From Tubiluchus corallicola (lineage: Eukaryota; Animalia; Priapulida): DNA of 64,000 nucleotides. The notes beneath the pieces were generated by a model that did not search any database, was not told the DNA's origin, and was given only the letters and a program-made list of their open reading frames with translations. Numbering within the stretch: position 1 is the stretch's first letter; each line of letters starts with the position of its first letter. The DNA is taken from NCBI GenBank assembly GCA_030141605.1, contig JAQGDQ010000157.1:261266-325265 (forward strand), written 5' to 3'. Positions 11,897-25,963 of the stretch are shown piece after piece. A program made the position numbers and the translations under genes.

Positions 11897-13180
11897 TTAA
11901 ACGTGTGTTTGTAAACCAAAACTGTCTATAAGTTGGCATAGTTATTATGCTTCAAAGTAGAATGCACCAAAAATTGGGTCAAATGTCAATTTTTTATTAA
12001 AACAAATGCTAAGTATATTGGACTCTTATATTCTAGCATCAAATTATCTAGAAAATGTTCAAAAAATACTAAAAATATAATTTTGTCACCCCGCATCCAC
12101 TTTTCTGCTCAATAACTAGTACTGCAAATGTAAAAAACTCTTATTTTCAAACTCCAGTAGTAGCTCATGTAAGCAATCATTTTGCTTTGGGCTATTTCTG
12201 CTGCCAAGCCCAAATCTTCGTCAGGAAGAGCCACGTATTGGGTTTACACATAACTTCAATGTGCGCTTGCAAAGTCCGCAGCAACCAACATTTGTGCAGT
12301 TGCTAAGTGTTTTGTAGAAACGCGACAAAAAACAATGGCTGACTTTAACAGCGATTTTCTCAAGATTATGTTTCTCAGTGTGCAGCCTGCACCTCAACTT
12401 CAACATGGATGATCTCAGCTTAGAAATAACAAAGTGTGATGAGCTTGGTATCAAAATGATTCTCACGAAATAGGGAATCAGGATATGTGAATAACTAGAA
12501 AGTTAACCCTTTCAATACGTAGTTACTTTTTAATTAGGCCACGTTGACTTTGCACATTTGACAATAACTTCTTGTGGCGTGTTACTAAAACAGAATCTTG
12601 TAAATAAACAAACAGGTGTTCGTTACTGAGTACTAATGTTAAATATTACATGTAGTTTTATTTCTACACATGCACACACATATGAGCACACATACATGCA
12701 TTCATGCACACACACATGTGCACATCTTCATAAATACGCATGTACTTATATTTAGAAACCAGTTTTCAATAAAAACACAATACTAATCCATAATATGCAA
12801 TCATTTTGTAAGAATGTAGAACAATCAACTAAACATACGTTTCATCAACGATCTCAAGTGATGTTGTATGGGAACATACCATACAGTACAGTTTTGTGGA
12901 ACGCACCTGGCTTCAGATGCTGATTAACTGGTTAGCATTACTTGTTGCAAAGCAAAACCAATCCCACGGCTATTAAACTTTTCTACAATGTTTGTCATGG
13001 CCGTAGCAGTGAAATAAACAGACCTTAGTGACTGCGTTTAGTGCTGAGTTTCAGCGGCAGTCTACCGCCTTCCGTCCCTTGTATGAAAAACATAGGCAGC
13101 AGTGTGCCTGCCGTCTTCCGTAGTGAAAGGGTTAATTGCCGACTTATGGATGATTTTGGTATGCAGTCACACATATATTG
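11897..13180. mobile_element. MITE family D (interrupted by family C)
   Basis: TIR of type tgtgcttgcaaaccaaaaccgtccataagtcggca; homologues at 15090-15630, 20455-21580 and 36278-36890. Confidence 0.75.
12503..13135. mobile_element. piggyBac-type MITE family C
   Basis: TTAA-CCCTTTCA...TGAAAGGG-TTAA; inverted second copy at 24919-25502. Confidence 0.85.
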
Positions 13181-13512
13181 TTTAGGCGAACAAGAATCAT
13201 GGAGTGAAGAAGACATAATTACACAGGATGTCATTTAGAACTAAAGAAAGAATAAAACATGAAGTACAATGAGTTTGTAATCAAGAGGTCTAAAAGTGGC
13301 ACTGCAAATGTATCTTGCAAATTCCAGTGCCGTTAAGACAGTACTAACTCCAGAAACAACTGTAAAGTAAGCACAAACTTTTTACTTTCTAAGGTAGAAT
13401 AATCAAAATAAATTATGCTATAACAATGGTCACTGTGCCATCTTCACATGTTGAAAACCTGTTTCGACTTTTAGCCCAAGAGTTCTTTTATTACCTATAC
13501 CCGGTGCATTCG

Positions 13513-13694
13513 TTATTTAATACCCTGGGCAGCAAGTTCAGCTTGTATGGCTTGCTTGTATTCCGTTATCCCACCTTCCACAGACTTGATTTGCTGGTTT
13601 CCACATACCCATAATTCTTTGCAAATCAGCTTGATCAGTCGCTCATCGTGAGATACCAAGATGGCGCCACCGTTGAATTTGTTAATGGCTTTAC
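13513..13694 (-). CDS. ABCF3: ABCF3 last coding exon
   Basis: [30 protein letters not shown]...GIK, then TAA at 13515-13513. Confidence 0.93.
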
Positions 13695-16600
13695 CTGCAA
13701 ACGATGCATATTTTTGCCACAGTTAATTGTCTGTAGCTATTCAAATAATTTTTATCACATTACAAGAACACTCATTTTTCAAAAACACATATGACAGTAA
13801 TGAATTTCCTACACTGTTAAGTATATGGAACATTACATAATAGTAAACAACTCTGAGTCTGATTATAATTTTTAATTCATTAGCTCAATGATAAATTGTA
13901 ACTGTGAAAAAGCAGAAATGGGTTGCATATTTGCTGATAATATTTTACTTTTAGATGACATTTCCCACTGGGAAATAGTGGTGGTTCTTGTATAGGAACT
14001 GCAGCACCCCCTATTTTCACTCAATATTATCAATAATATTCAATACAGTGAGTCTTTTTTCATTAGTTCTTTCTTTAAACTTGTATGGAGCCAGAACACG
14101 GTGAGGGTAGTACCGTTTGCTTCACAGCCCAACATAGTGTGCTCCAGCAATGCAGTGTTTGGCTGTTTGCACATGTAGCCACATGTCTGAGCCCAGGCAG
14201 AGAAAGTACTATTGCTCACAAAGTTTGTTGTCAGTTATCACGTGCTTACCGTGAATGGATCAAGCTTGAACTGCGACAATTTAGGCTATTAGTACGCAAA
14301 AAATATATTTTTGTTTAGGATTTTATCAAGTTTATGTATAAACTTTCGTATGTTTACAATTACAAAGTACAACATTAAAATTGCATATGCTTGTTTCATT
14401 TTGCATAGTATTAAAACAGTGGCTAAAAATTTTCTGAAGCAGCACCCCACTAATTTTAGCTACGAGCTGCCACTGCTGGGAAAATACACTTTTAATAACT
14501 GTGTTAATAAACTTCCTTGTGTTCTTTAATTTATGATCTTTTTCAGTTATCCAGCAATACTTTTGTTGTCTCAAGATTTATAACTATTCTTTATTATTTC
14601 CATGATACATTTACTCGTGCTGAGAGAATCTAAAGTAAATGAATAGACTATTGCCTCATGGCATTTTTCAGATATTTCCTTTTACTGCTATCGTATTTTA
14701 TAGCAAGTAATTCGTCACCAAGCTTTCTTACCTAGAGCTTCTATTGTTTCAACATCAAGATGATTGGTTGGTTCATCTAATATTAACATGTTAGGTGTTG
14801 TCATTGCCATCAGAGCAAAAGCTACTCGACTTTTCTGTCCGCCAGACAAGCTGGACACTGGCCGGAGTGCGAGGTCGCCAGACACACCGTATGATCCCAG
14901 CTGGTGCCGGTACTCTTCGGTTTTCCGTCCTGCAATTTTGGCAGAATAGTAAATTTGACCAAGCTGGGAATGCTTTCAAATAAAACTTGAATTTTTATTG
15001 TTTCGATTAACTTGTTCATTTCGTCTTTCATTGATGTTTAAAAATTTCCAGTAAGTGCAGGCAGTTATAACTACAATCCAAAATGCACATCATATGTGTG
15101 ATTCCAAATCAAAACCGTCCAAAAATCGGCGTTGTTAAAACTATGTTAAGATGCTTCAAAGTAAAATGCACCAAAATTTGGTCAAATGTCAATTTTTTGC
15201 TTTTTATAAAAACAAACGCTAAATATATTGGGCTTTTAATATTCTAACATATAATTATCAAGACAATGTTAAAAAATACTAAAAATCTAATTTTATAACC
15301 TCGTACTCATTTCTCTGCCTAAAAACTAGTATTGCAAAAAAGTTGTATTTTTAAACTTTGATAGTAGCGCCTGGATGCAGTCATTTTGCCACAGGTTTTT
15401 CTGTTGACAAACCCAGATCTTCGTCTGGAAGAGCCATCTACTGGATTTAAACATACTTCAATGTGCTCTTGCAAAGTCCGTAGCAACCAACATTTGTACG
15501 GGTGCTAAGTATTTTGTAAAAAGGCGACAAAAAACAATGATTAATTTTAACAACAATTTTCTCAAGGTCAGGTTTTTCAGTGCAAGCTTGTATCTAACTT
15601 CAATGTAAACTATCTTAGCTTAGAAATAACATCTCAGTTCTGGAAAGTATCTCAATTCATTTACCTGACTTACTATGGAAGTTTTGGTTCGTTTAACAAC
15701 GTTTGACTTAACATCGCGTTTTGCTGGAATGCACTAACGTCATTAAGCGAGGACTTACTGTTTACTAGCTACATCCATAAGCTTTCTGAGTGTTGTCTTC
15801 AACACTTAGCACTACGTTTTCAGTTCAAATTTTCTGTTGAAACTTTTAGTAATTATAACAGCTTGCATTAGCGTTCTATTTCAGCCTAGATTTCAAGTAG
15901 CTGGTTATACATTAGCCATTGTTGCGCTAAAAAGTTCAAAGTGGCATTCAACAACGGTTCAGTAAAACCATGTGCAGTGGACCAGGAAAACAGTACACAC
16001 AATAACAGCAAAATTTGCAGTTTTGGTATTTTTCTAATTTTGATATTTGTATGTGTTATAAAATGCAAACACAGTCACATTCAGTAAATGTTATATTGTC
16101 TCCCTGTACTGTGCTAGAGATCCTTTTGATAAAAAAATCTCATTCATGCAATAACATTTGCTAAACCACTATACAGCTCCAAATTCATTTTTAAATTGCA
16201 CGTAGAATTCCAAACGAAAAATCTTTTAAAAAGTAAACAGTTTGCATGCATAGAACAGTTGCTTTGAGAGTTCAGTCTTACCAACCTGGAAATCGCGACG
16301 CTAGAAGTTCTACGGAGCTGATGTCCATCTCTAACTGATCAACGTGATGCTGAGTAAAGAATCCAATTTTCAGATTACGATGAGCATGACGAAGTCCACT
16401 AGTGGGTGTTAGTTCTCCCTTGAGTAAGTTTAGCAGCGTGGTTTTTCCACTTCCGTTGTCACCAACCTAGGTACACGACAGACGAATAAACACAGGATGA
16501 AATGATTTATAGTTAAAACACCACAACCTTATTAAAACTACCAGTGTATGCAGTATAGAACATTATGCACTAATAATAGTTAACAAAAGTCAAAATAGGT

Positions 16601-19600
16601 AATGAATAAGCAGACCAGCAGAATAGAAAAGAAAAGAGGCCAGTATTTCTTTTCTACTGGTCTGCTTATTCATTACCTATTTGGCTTCTGTTAAATACTT
16701 AATTAGTGCATAATGTTCTATACTGTAGGCTCTGCCTATATAAACTTTTACATTTATACAGCCAGTTTATATAGGCAGAAAGGTTTGACATGATTTTTTA
16801 ACTACGTAAATTAAGTTTTAATATAGTTGTTGTGTTTAAATTATAAATGTTTATAAGTGCTTGTAATAAAAAAATTGACTGGGATAAAATGAATTCCCAC
16901 AAATTAAGTTATATTTTTCAAAGAATGCTCTTATCACTTTGAAATTTCAGCAGTTATATAGCCTAAAGGACAAGAAATGGGGTGCCTGAAGTAGGTTCCA
17001 GAAAAATCGTCTTAAAAAATTATATTAGTTTACAGCATTTTTATGTACATATCGTACTCGCGCTAAAAGGAATTTTTGTTCGTTTTCATTTTAAGTCTCC
17101 CACAATACTGTTCCGATGGTGCCCTTACATGATGTCATATACGTAATATAGCGTGAATCAGGGGAAGAAAAGGTAATGTTAAATCATGTCCCAAAAAACT
17201 TTCCGTGCAAATCTATATTACTTAGCATTTGGCTTACCTGCTAGACTTATATGTAACTAGAAATAATAATTTAAAATGTTCATGCCAATTGATAAAATAT
17301 CGCTGGATCACCCTCCAGGGTGCGCCACTCACTAACAAAAACGTATTTTTAATCTCATTGACAAGATACAGTAATTTAAAATTTTATTTAGTTAGTAACA
17401 TGTGTGCTACACATGCCCTGATTATTTTTTCAAACTTCATGCAATGTTATTTAAACTTGTTTCACATAACCTGTCATCAAAATGGCTGCATCTAACGGTC
17501 ATTGGGGGTGTTTAAATTTACATGGTTTATACAGCGTTACTGCCGACGCAAGCCTTGCATGCAAAAAGACAGTACATAAGTGGTACAAAATTTCAAGACG
17601 AATTTTTTAGGCTTTATGTAAGTGGAGGGTTTTCTTGTGCTTCAAATAATTTAACAAACACAGCCTTTTAAAAGTACAGAATTTATGAAAAGTAGAACAC
17701 ACAACTCTGAAACTTTTGCTAATATCAATGCACAAGGCAAAGCTATTTGCCACGGAACGCAGTTAATGTAAAAACAGATTTGCCTCGTGTAAGCAAAAAC
17801 TACTGACCAGGCATATCCTCGAATCAGCATCAGCGGAGACACAGACGTTGGAGAAAATGGGGTTGCCTTTTTCATAGTAAAACCCGACTTCGTCAAGTTG
17901 TAGAACAGGTGGTGAAAGCTTCTCGCATTCTTGAAACCTGCAGGTGATGAAACATTAATATCTTTACTAACAGAAATTGATCCTGCACAGAAAGTTGATT
18001 TTAATAAGTTTGTTCAACAAGCTAGCAAGTACAAGATTGAATTATTTCATTATTTTCATACATGCTGTTGGAGTCTTACAAAGCTTCTTCCAGCCTGCTG
18101 TCTTGGTGGGTCATTAATGTATGCTTATTCGACATTTTTGCTCAACACGAAATTAGATGTGGTACAATTTCTACGAGCCAAACTGTGGCTCTTTTAAATC
18201 AATTGAAAATAGTAAAAAATGTACATGGCTGTTATTGATTAAAAAAGTTTCAAGATTCACCAAAAACGATAAAAATGTACATGGCTGCTACTAGTTAAAA
18301 AGTTTCAAGATTTACCAAAAACCATAAAAATATACATGGCTGTTAGTATTTAAAAAGCTTCAAGATTTACCAAAAATGATAAAGAATGTACATGGCTGTT
18401 ATTAGTTAATAAGTTTCAAGATTTACCAAAAATGATAAAAAATGTACATGGCTGTTACTATTTAAAAGATTCACAAAATCAATGTTTTGTTTCAAAATTT
18501 TGTTTTGGCCTACAGTTTTAAGATTGGGTTCAATTTTGCTTTAAATGTTTATAAAAGCAGCAAGCAATTTTTTTTTGGAAATGAAGAAACTGGCAAAAAA
18601 ATTAACACTGCTACAGACTTCACTGTTCTGTTCAAGTCAAATTAAAGCAAAGTCAACAGAAAACGGCCACATTTTTACTCTTTTTAATCAGAGTACTCAT
18701 GAACTTGTACAGAGGAAGATAACGAAAACGATCAATTTTGTCCAACATACCTGAGAGTAACAACTTCTTCTTTCTGTACAGGAACTAACTCTGGTCTGCA
18801 AGAAAAGTGAACGAGTCAATTTTTTATTACAGGTACTTAAAAACATTTATAGTTAAAACATGACAGCTTTATTAAAACTTTTAATTTACATTCTGAAAAA
18901 ATGTTTCGACAGAGTTACTGCTGTCAATATCAGTGGTAATTTTTTTACAAATTTACAACCAGTTTATATAGGCAGAGACTACAGTATAGAACATTATGCA
19001 TTAATTACGTATTTACAAAAGCCAAATAGGTAATGATTAAGCAGGCCTGTAGAAAAGATATTATAACTTTATTCTCAAATATGTAGGTACCTATTAAATT
19101 AATAAAATTAGAATAAAAGTAGAATAAAATTAAAGGAATTGAACTAGTTTACACATTAAGAGAAAGCTTATTAGGGTACATAGATAAACTTTCTTTTATC
19201 AATAAGTCTCAGTTATTTGTAGCTATGGTCACAATTTCTTTTCTACAGGTCTACTTAATCATTACCTATTTGGCTTTTTGTAAATACATAATTAGTGCAT
19301 AATTTACTGTTTCAATTTCATTTCTACTGATCTGCTTATTCATTACCTACTTGGCTTCCGTAAAATATGTAATTAGTGCATAATGTTCTGTACTGTAGGT
19401 TCTGCTTATATAAACTGGTTGTATGTTTGTAAAAATTTACCACTGATGATGCTAGTAGTAGCTCTGTCGAAATGTTTGACATAATTTTCTAACTATGTAA
19501 ATTAAAAGTTTAATAAAGTTGTTGTGTTTTAACTATAAAAGTGAATGAGACATAATGGTATGATGTGTTCACAAACTACTGCATGAACCGTCACAAGCAG

Positions 19601-22600
19601 CATTACAAAGTCTTTCTAATCAAATCCTGCTTCATATTGTCACTAGCTACAGCTAAATATTGTATAAAAAAGGTTAAACACAATGCAAAAATAATCGTAC
19701 CAAAGACATAATAAACTTTTTCGTCTTTGTAGCATACAGTCCATAGACATTGAATCCTACATAATCTATAAAAGATCACCCATACTGGTGGTTGTTGAAT
19801 TCTTACAATAAAGTATGTTTATTCAGGAATATCTGACTGTATTTTTCTTTAAAACTTTGTTTGATGTTGCCAGCATAAAGGTATTTTAAGAGATTATACG
19901 AAACATAACAACCTACAAGAAACAATTTCCTAAAAAATGCTTATTAATTGGTTGTTGTATATCATGCTCTAGCAACGTATTTGCAATGAACAAAGAAGTT
20001 ACATGTCATATGAAGTTTATGGAACTATTACATAAAACTTACAATTTCTCTAATATTTTTATTCGCATTTGTGCCTGCGAAGCTCTCTTTGCATTGTAGC
20101 GCCATCTGTCAATGTAATCCTGAAATAAAGAACAAACAGCTCTAGCAAAAAGCACACAATACTAGATCACACTGTAGTGACAAAATGCACTGTAGTGAAC
20201 ATAACCCTAATTGGCACTAATTTTTGTTTATAAAATTGGCTAAACTTGGTGAACTTGATAAGTCACACCTGAAACAGCTGTGAAATTATCAAATTAATTT
20301 ATTGTACTTTTGACTTCCATAATTATTCTTAATCTGCTGTAGGTTCCAGATCTATGTAAACTTTTGCTTTCAAATCTTATATATTATAAATTTATTATTA
20401 AATCTTATAAATTTTATTGGCAAATGAAACGTTAAACTGATTTTGTTTTAATAAAATGTGTGCTTGCATAGCAAAGTCGTTTACAAGTTAGCAACTAAGC
20501 TTTACTAGTTATTCACATATCTGAATCTTCATTTTATAAGGATCATTTTGATACCAAGCTCATCGCTCTACGTTATTTCTAAGCTGAGACAATCTATGTT
20601 GAAGTTGAGGCGCAAATTACACACTGAAAAACATAACCCCGAGAAAATCGCTGTTAAAGTTAGCCATTGTTTTTTGTGGGGTTTCTACAAAACACTTACC
20701 GTATTTTCCCATGTATAAGAGACCCCTTCAATTTTTAGGCAAAAATTCTGGAAAAAAGTTTTTTGGTAATGAATAACTTTATTCATCATAGAAATCATTA
20801 AATTCCTCATCACTCTCATCAAAAATATCAACTGGAGTCAGACCTTCAGCAATTCCAGCCAGTTCATCATCAGAGGAGTCACTCTGCTCAAAAATGGCAT
20901 TGTCCTCTTTTGACATTTAAAAAAATAATAACTTACCCGGTACATTAATTTTATCATTAGAATTTAGCCATGGAGAAGATTTATTGAAAGGAAACTATAA
21001 TTATTCGAAATAAAACAGTTGTAGAGCACTTATTTCTTTAAAATCATTAGTGTCACAATTTATGCATCTTATTGAAAAGACTTACTCCCATGTATAAGAG
21101 ACCCCCTATTTTTAAAGTGAAAATTCTGAGCAAAAAAGGGTCTCTTATACACGGGAAAATACGGTAGTCACTGCGCAGATGTTGGTTGCTATTGACTTTG
21201 CAAGAACACAATGAAGTTATGTTTAAACCCAGGAGATGGCTCTTTCTCACGAAGATCTGTGTTTGGCAGCAGAAAAACAGCAAAATGACTGCTTCCATGA
21301 GCTACTATCGAAGTTTGAAAATACGAGTTTTCTACATTTGCAGTACTAGTTATTGAGAAAAGTGGGTACGAGATTATAAAATTAGATTTTTAGTATTTTT
21401 TAACATTTTCCCGATGATTTGATGCTAGAATATAAAAATCCAATATATTTAGCATTTGTTTTCATAAAAATAAAAAAATGACAATTGACCAAATGTTTGG
21501 TGCCTTCTACTTTGAAGCACCATAACGTAGTTTTAACTGTGCCGACTTATGGACGGTTTTGGTTTGCAAGCATACACATTGTTCAATTTCAATAGTGTGG
21601 AAAGAGCAACATGTACGACTTTTTATGAAGTGAGTGCACTTTTTACCAAAGGCATTCAACTTCAGTCATCACTTTTGACCAGCTTGTAAGACAAGTAAAC
21701 AAAAAGAGGTGTGTGTCAGAAATAGCAACTGATTATTTAATCTTCACCATATTTTAAGCTCTATTATAAATCTGACTAAAACAGGAAGATTCAAGATCAT
21801 GTAAAATAACTGGTTTGCGTAGCACACTTAATGTTACAAGCCTTTAACTTCGTAGTTAGTCATAAAGTCATTCCTCAATTCTCGTTTAAAGGACAAGACA
21901 AGGGGAAACCTAAAGTAGATTTTAGAAAAATCACCTTAAAAAATAATATTGCTTTACGGCAATTTTGTGCATATATATCGTAATTGCTTTAAAAGGAATT
22001 TTTGTATGCTTTCATTTCAAGTCTCCCACACTACTGTTCTGACAGTGCCATTACATGACGACACCTACACAAACGTAAATCAGGGGAAGAAAAGGAAATG
22101 TTAAATTGTGTCCCAAAAAACTAACAAGGCAAATCTATATTACCTAGCATTTCATTCACCTGCTGGAAATACTTTTATACTAGGTACATTAAGTAAATTA
22201 ATATCAGGACTACTTCCCGACTAACTGAGCATGCACTAACCTGTAGATGTTTTCTATAAGCCATTTGAGCTTCATACTCCCGCTGTTGATTTTTCAATTT
22301 CTCTGTTTTCGTTTTAATGAACTGTTCATAATTTCCCTGATAGGAATCGATACGTTGTGAATGCATGTGGAGAATGTCTGTGGCAACAGCGTTGAGAAAA
22401 TCACGGTCGTGTGACACGCACAAGATCGTTGTTGGCCATGTCTGACAACAAACAAAATAATAAAATGAACCTTTATATATTTTATTCAGTTGTTCTTTTA
22501 TTCTGTTCATTATTTATTTTCTTGTTTTCTTTCTTAGATTAGAATGCCAGTCCACCACTGCACCTGAAAATGTTTTATGAAAAAGAGCAATCAGTTCATC

Positions 22601-25600
22601 TGCTGATTAGACATTAGTTGTGATTGTCATGTTGTTTAGTTTAGTTGAGACAGTTGTTGACCAGTGTGAGCTGTTGTCCCATATGCCGCTGAGCATTCAT
22701 ATGCCAGAGCGGAGGCGGAGCGATAGGCCAATATGTTTGAAATCAAATATGATTCTGTGGTAATAATTCTTTCGCTTTAGTCATTTTTGAAAAAATTGTA
22801 CGTTCCCTTTCAATATTTTGTAGGGTAGATTGTTTTGAAATGTAGTTTAAGATTGAGCCAGTTTTCCTTTAATTCTTACCAATACAATAATGGAAACCTA
22901 CTTTATATAGTTAGCAGACGCAGCCTTAAATGAAAAAGAATAAATGGTGTATAAAAAAGTTTACAAGGAAACAATAAGTTACTCAGTATGTTGGGCTTAT
23001 TTTACTGTTACCACTTAAACTAAAAAAAATTAACAAAGAAATTTGCAAAAAACTGTCTATAAAGCATAAATGTAAAATATTCTACTGCTGAATATAAATT
23101 TTCAGGCGTGGTGGTTGCCGCCATTCTTTTAAAAATTATGACATACCTAGGAGTCTTCGTGACTTTTCGTCGCGTTGTGGCTTTTTGTAAGCGCATACTG
23201 CTTAAACTAATTCAAACTTCTGCAGCTTACCTAATGTTCACGCAAAAATATTACAAAATTAGCTATCTAATTTTTTTGTAAAAACCTATGATACTTTTGA
23301 CGAAGATTGACAGTGTGCTACTTTTCTTCAGGATGAATGACGTCATTGGAAGAAGAATCGGCATTGAAAATGGAGCGCCCAAGCATGAAGTGATCAAGAC
23401 TTAAAGTGATTTTGCTAGTTACACGAGGTCCTTTTTGTAGTTTTATTATTAAATCTTTCTAACATTTTTCGCTGACATTGAAATAAGCCTAACTTCCCAG
23501 AAGACTTGAGCTTTCGTTTAAACACTATGTCAAAATCATCATACTTTTGGTACCGATTTTTCGTACCAAGACATAACTACACAAAAAATTTTACATTCTC
23601 TAAGTTGAGCAATTACCTGCAAATAGTTCTCTAACCATATGATAGCTTTCATGTCTAACATGTTTGTAGGTTCATCAAGTAAAAGTAGATCAGGTCTGAA
23701 AGAATGAAAAAGAAATGATATTTCTGTCCAGTTCAACAACGCCAACAAAATACTTCATGCTGTAACATCCTGTTGAGCAAGTCATAGTGAAAAATCAATA
23801 CCTGGAGAACAAGGCTCGAGCAAGAGCAAGTCGCATTCTCCATCCACCGGAAAACTCTCTACAAAAAAAGCAAAAAAGATGCTCAGAGGAACACACTGAA
23901 ACGATAAACTGGCTTTCTATCATTATAATTGCTGTGGTTTACTTGTGAAAGTAAAAGATTAACGTGCTCAACATTGATAATGACAAAAGTTCAATATAAA
24001 TAAGATTATTATCTGTATTACGTAACATTCATCAAACCAATTCATATCTTCATGTAAGGCTGGCTACTGACAATAAACTATACGACACTATGTCCTCGCT
24101 TTTACGACATTAATCCATTCCAGCAAAATGGGACGGTAAGCGAAACGACATTAAATGAAGCTAAGACTTACAATTAAGCGTTTTATGAGTTTTACTCATG
24201 CTTGTACTGATTAATTTTTTCTGCTTGTTGAAGCCGTTAAGCGAAACGTCGTTAAACGAAGCTAAGACTTCCAATTAAGCATTTTAAGAGTTTTACTCAT
24301 GCTTGTAGTGGGTAAGTGCTTACCTATATTTTCTACAAATTCATTAGATTGTTTTAAACAACATCTCAAAACACATTTGTTTAAATTGTACTTTTTATGA
24401 TGAATTATTTTTAATTTTTAATGTCTTTTAAATTTTGTTTGTTTCGAATTTTAAATGTATTTTATTATTCAGCGTGCTGAGAATTTAAATGATGTCGTGC
24501 ACTATATAAATAACTTTTACATTACATTACTGTACGTAACAACAGTAGGCTAAGACGGAAATATATTACAAAATGCTTGTATTGGTAAACTTATAACAGT
24601 GCTCAATGGCAATGAGGGCCAACAAAGTTTATTGCAAACAGCACATTATACTAATGAGTTTGCATTGCAATATTAAGTCATACCTTGTCGGACGTTTCTG
24701 GTCACTGGATGCAAAACCAAGGCCGCAGAGGATGGTGGAGGCTCGTGAGGGTGCTTTATCCGCTTCTATGGCTTCAAGTTCATGATAAATATTTAGCAAT
24801 TGAGAGTTAATCTCTTCGCTTTTTTCTGATATGCTGAAAGCGTAAATATTTGTAAAGTTAAATAATCATTCACAACAATAAAACCTAAAGATATTGTAAG
24901 AGTAGGCAAAAATTACTGTTAACCCTTTCACAATGGAAGGCGGCACACTGCCGCCTACGTTTTTTATGCAAGGGACGGAAGACATCTACTCAGCTTAGCA
25001 CTAAGTGCAGTCACCCAGGTCTGTTTTGTTTCACTGCTACGGCCATGTAAAACATTGTACAACAGCTTAACAGCCATGGGATTGGTATTGCTTTGCAACA
25101 AGTAATGCTAACCAGCCAATATACATTCGAGACCAGGTGGTACATTCCATAATACTGTACCGTATGGCACGTTCACATGCAAAATCACTTGTAGACCATT
25201 GATTGCGTAGAACGCATATTTACTTGACTGTTCTGCTTTCTTACAAAATGATTGCATGTTACGGATTAGTATTATGTCTTTTGTGAAAACTGTTTCTAAA
25301 TATAAGTACATGCTTATTTATGAGGGTGTGCGTGTGCGACTGTGCATGAATGCACGTATGTGTGTGCATGTGTAAAAATAAAACTAATATTTAATATTAG
25401 TAGTCAATAACGAACAACTATTTGTTTACTTACAAGATTTTGTTTTAGTTACACACCACAAGAAGTTATTGTCAAAAACCAACTACATAGTGAAAGGGTT
25501 AAATTATTACGTCTGAAGAGTTACATACAGTTAACCTAGAAAACAGCGACGAATATCACCCCAGTGTCAAAGCATTTATTATTAAAACAACACAACTTTA

Positions 25601-25921
25601 TTAAAAACTTTAATTTACAACTGTTTAAAAGCTATGTCCAAACGTTTTCAACAACAATTAGCTGTAATCATAAGCCGCACACTATGTAAACAACAACCAG
25701 TTTATATAGGCAGTGCCTACAGTATAGAAAATTATGCACTAATTATGTATTTACAAAGAAGAAAATTTTCATTACTTTGGCTTCGTTGTAAATACATAAT
25801 CTTAATAACTAAAAAGTCCCGCATACTACGGACACAGTCTGTTGTTTCGCGAACTGACCACTAGTTGGCGGGCCATCACTTTGTTTACATCATTACACCA
25901 GTGCAACCACGTGGATATCTC

Positions 25922-25963
<42 letters not shown>

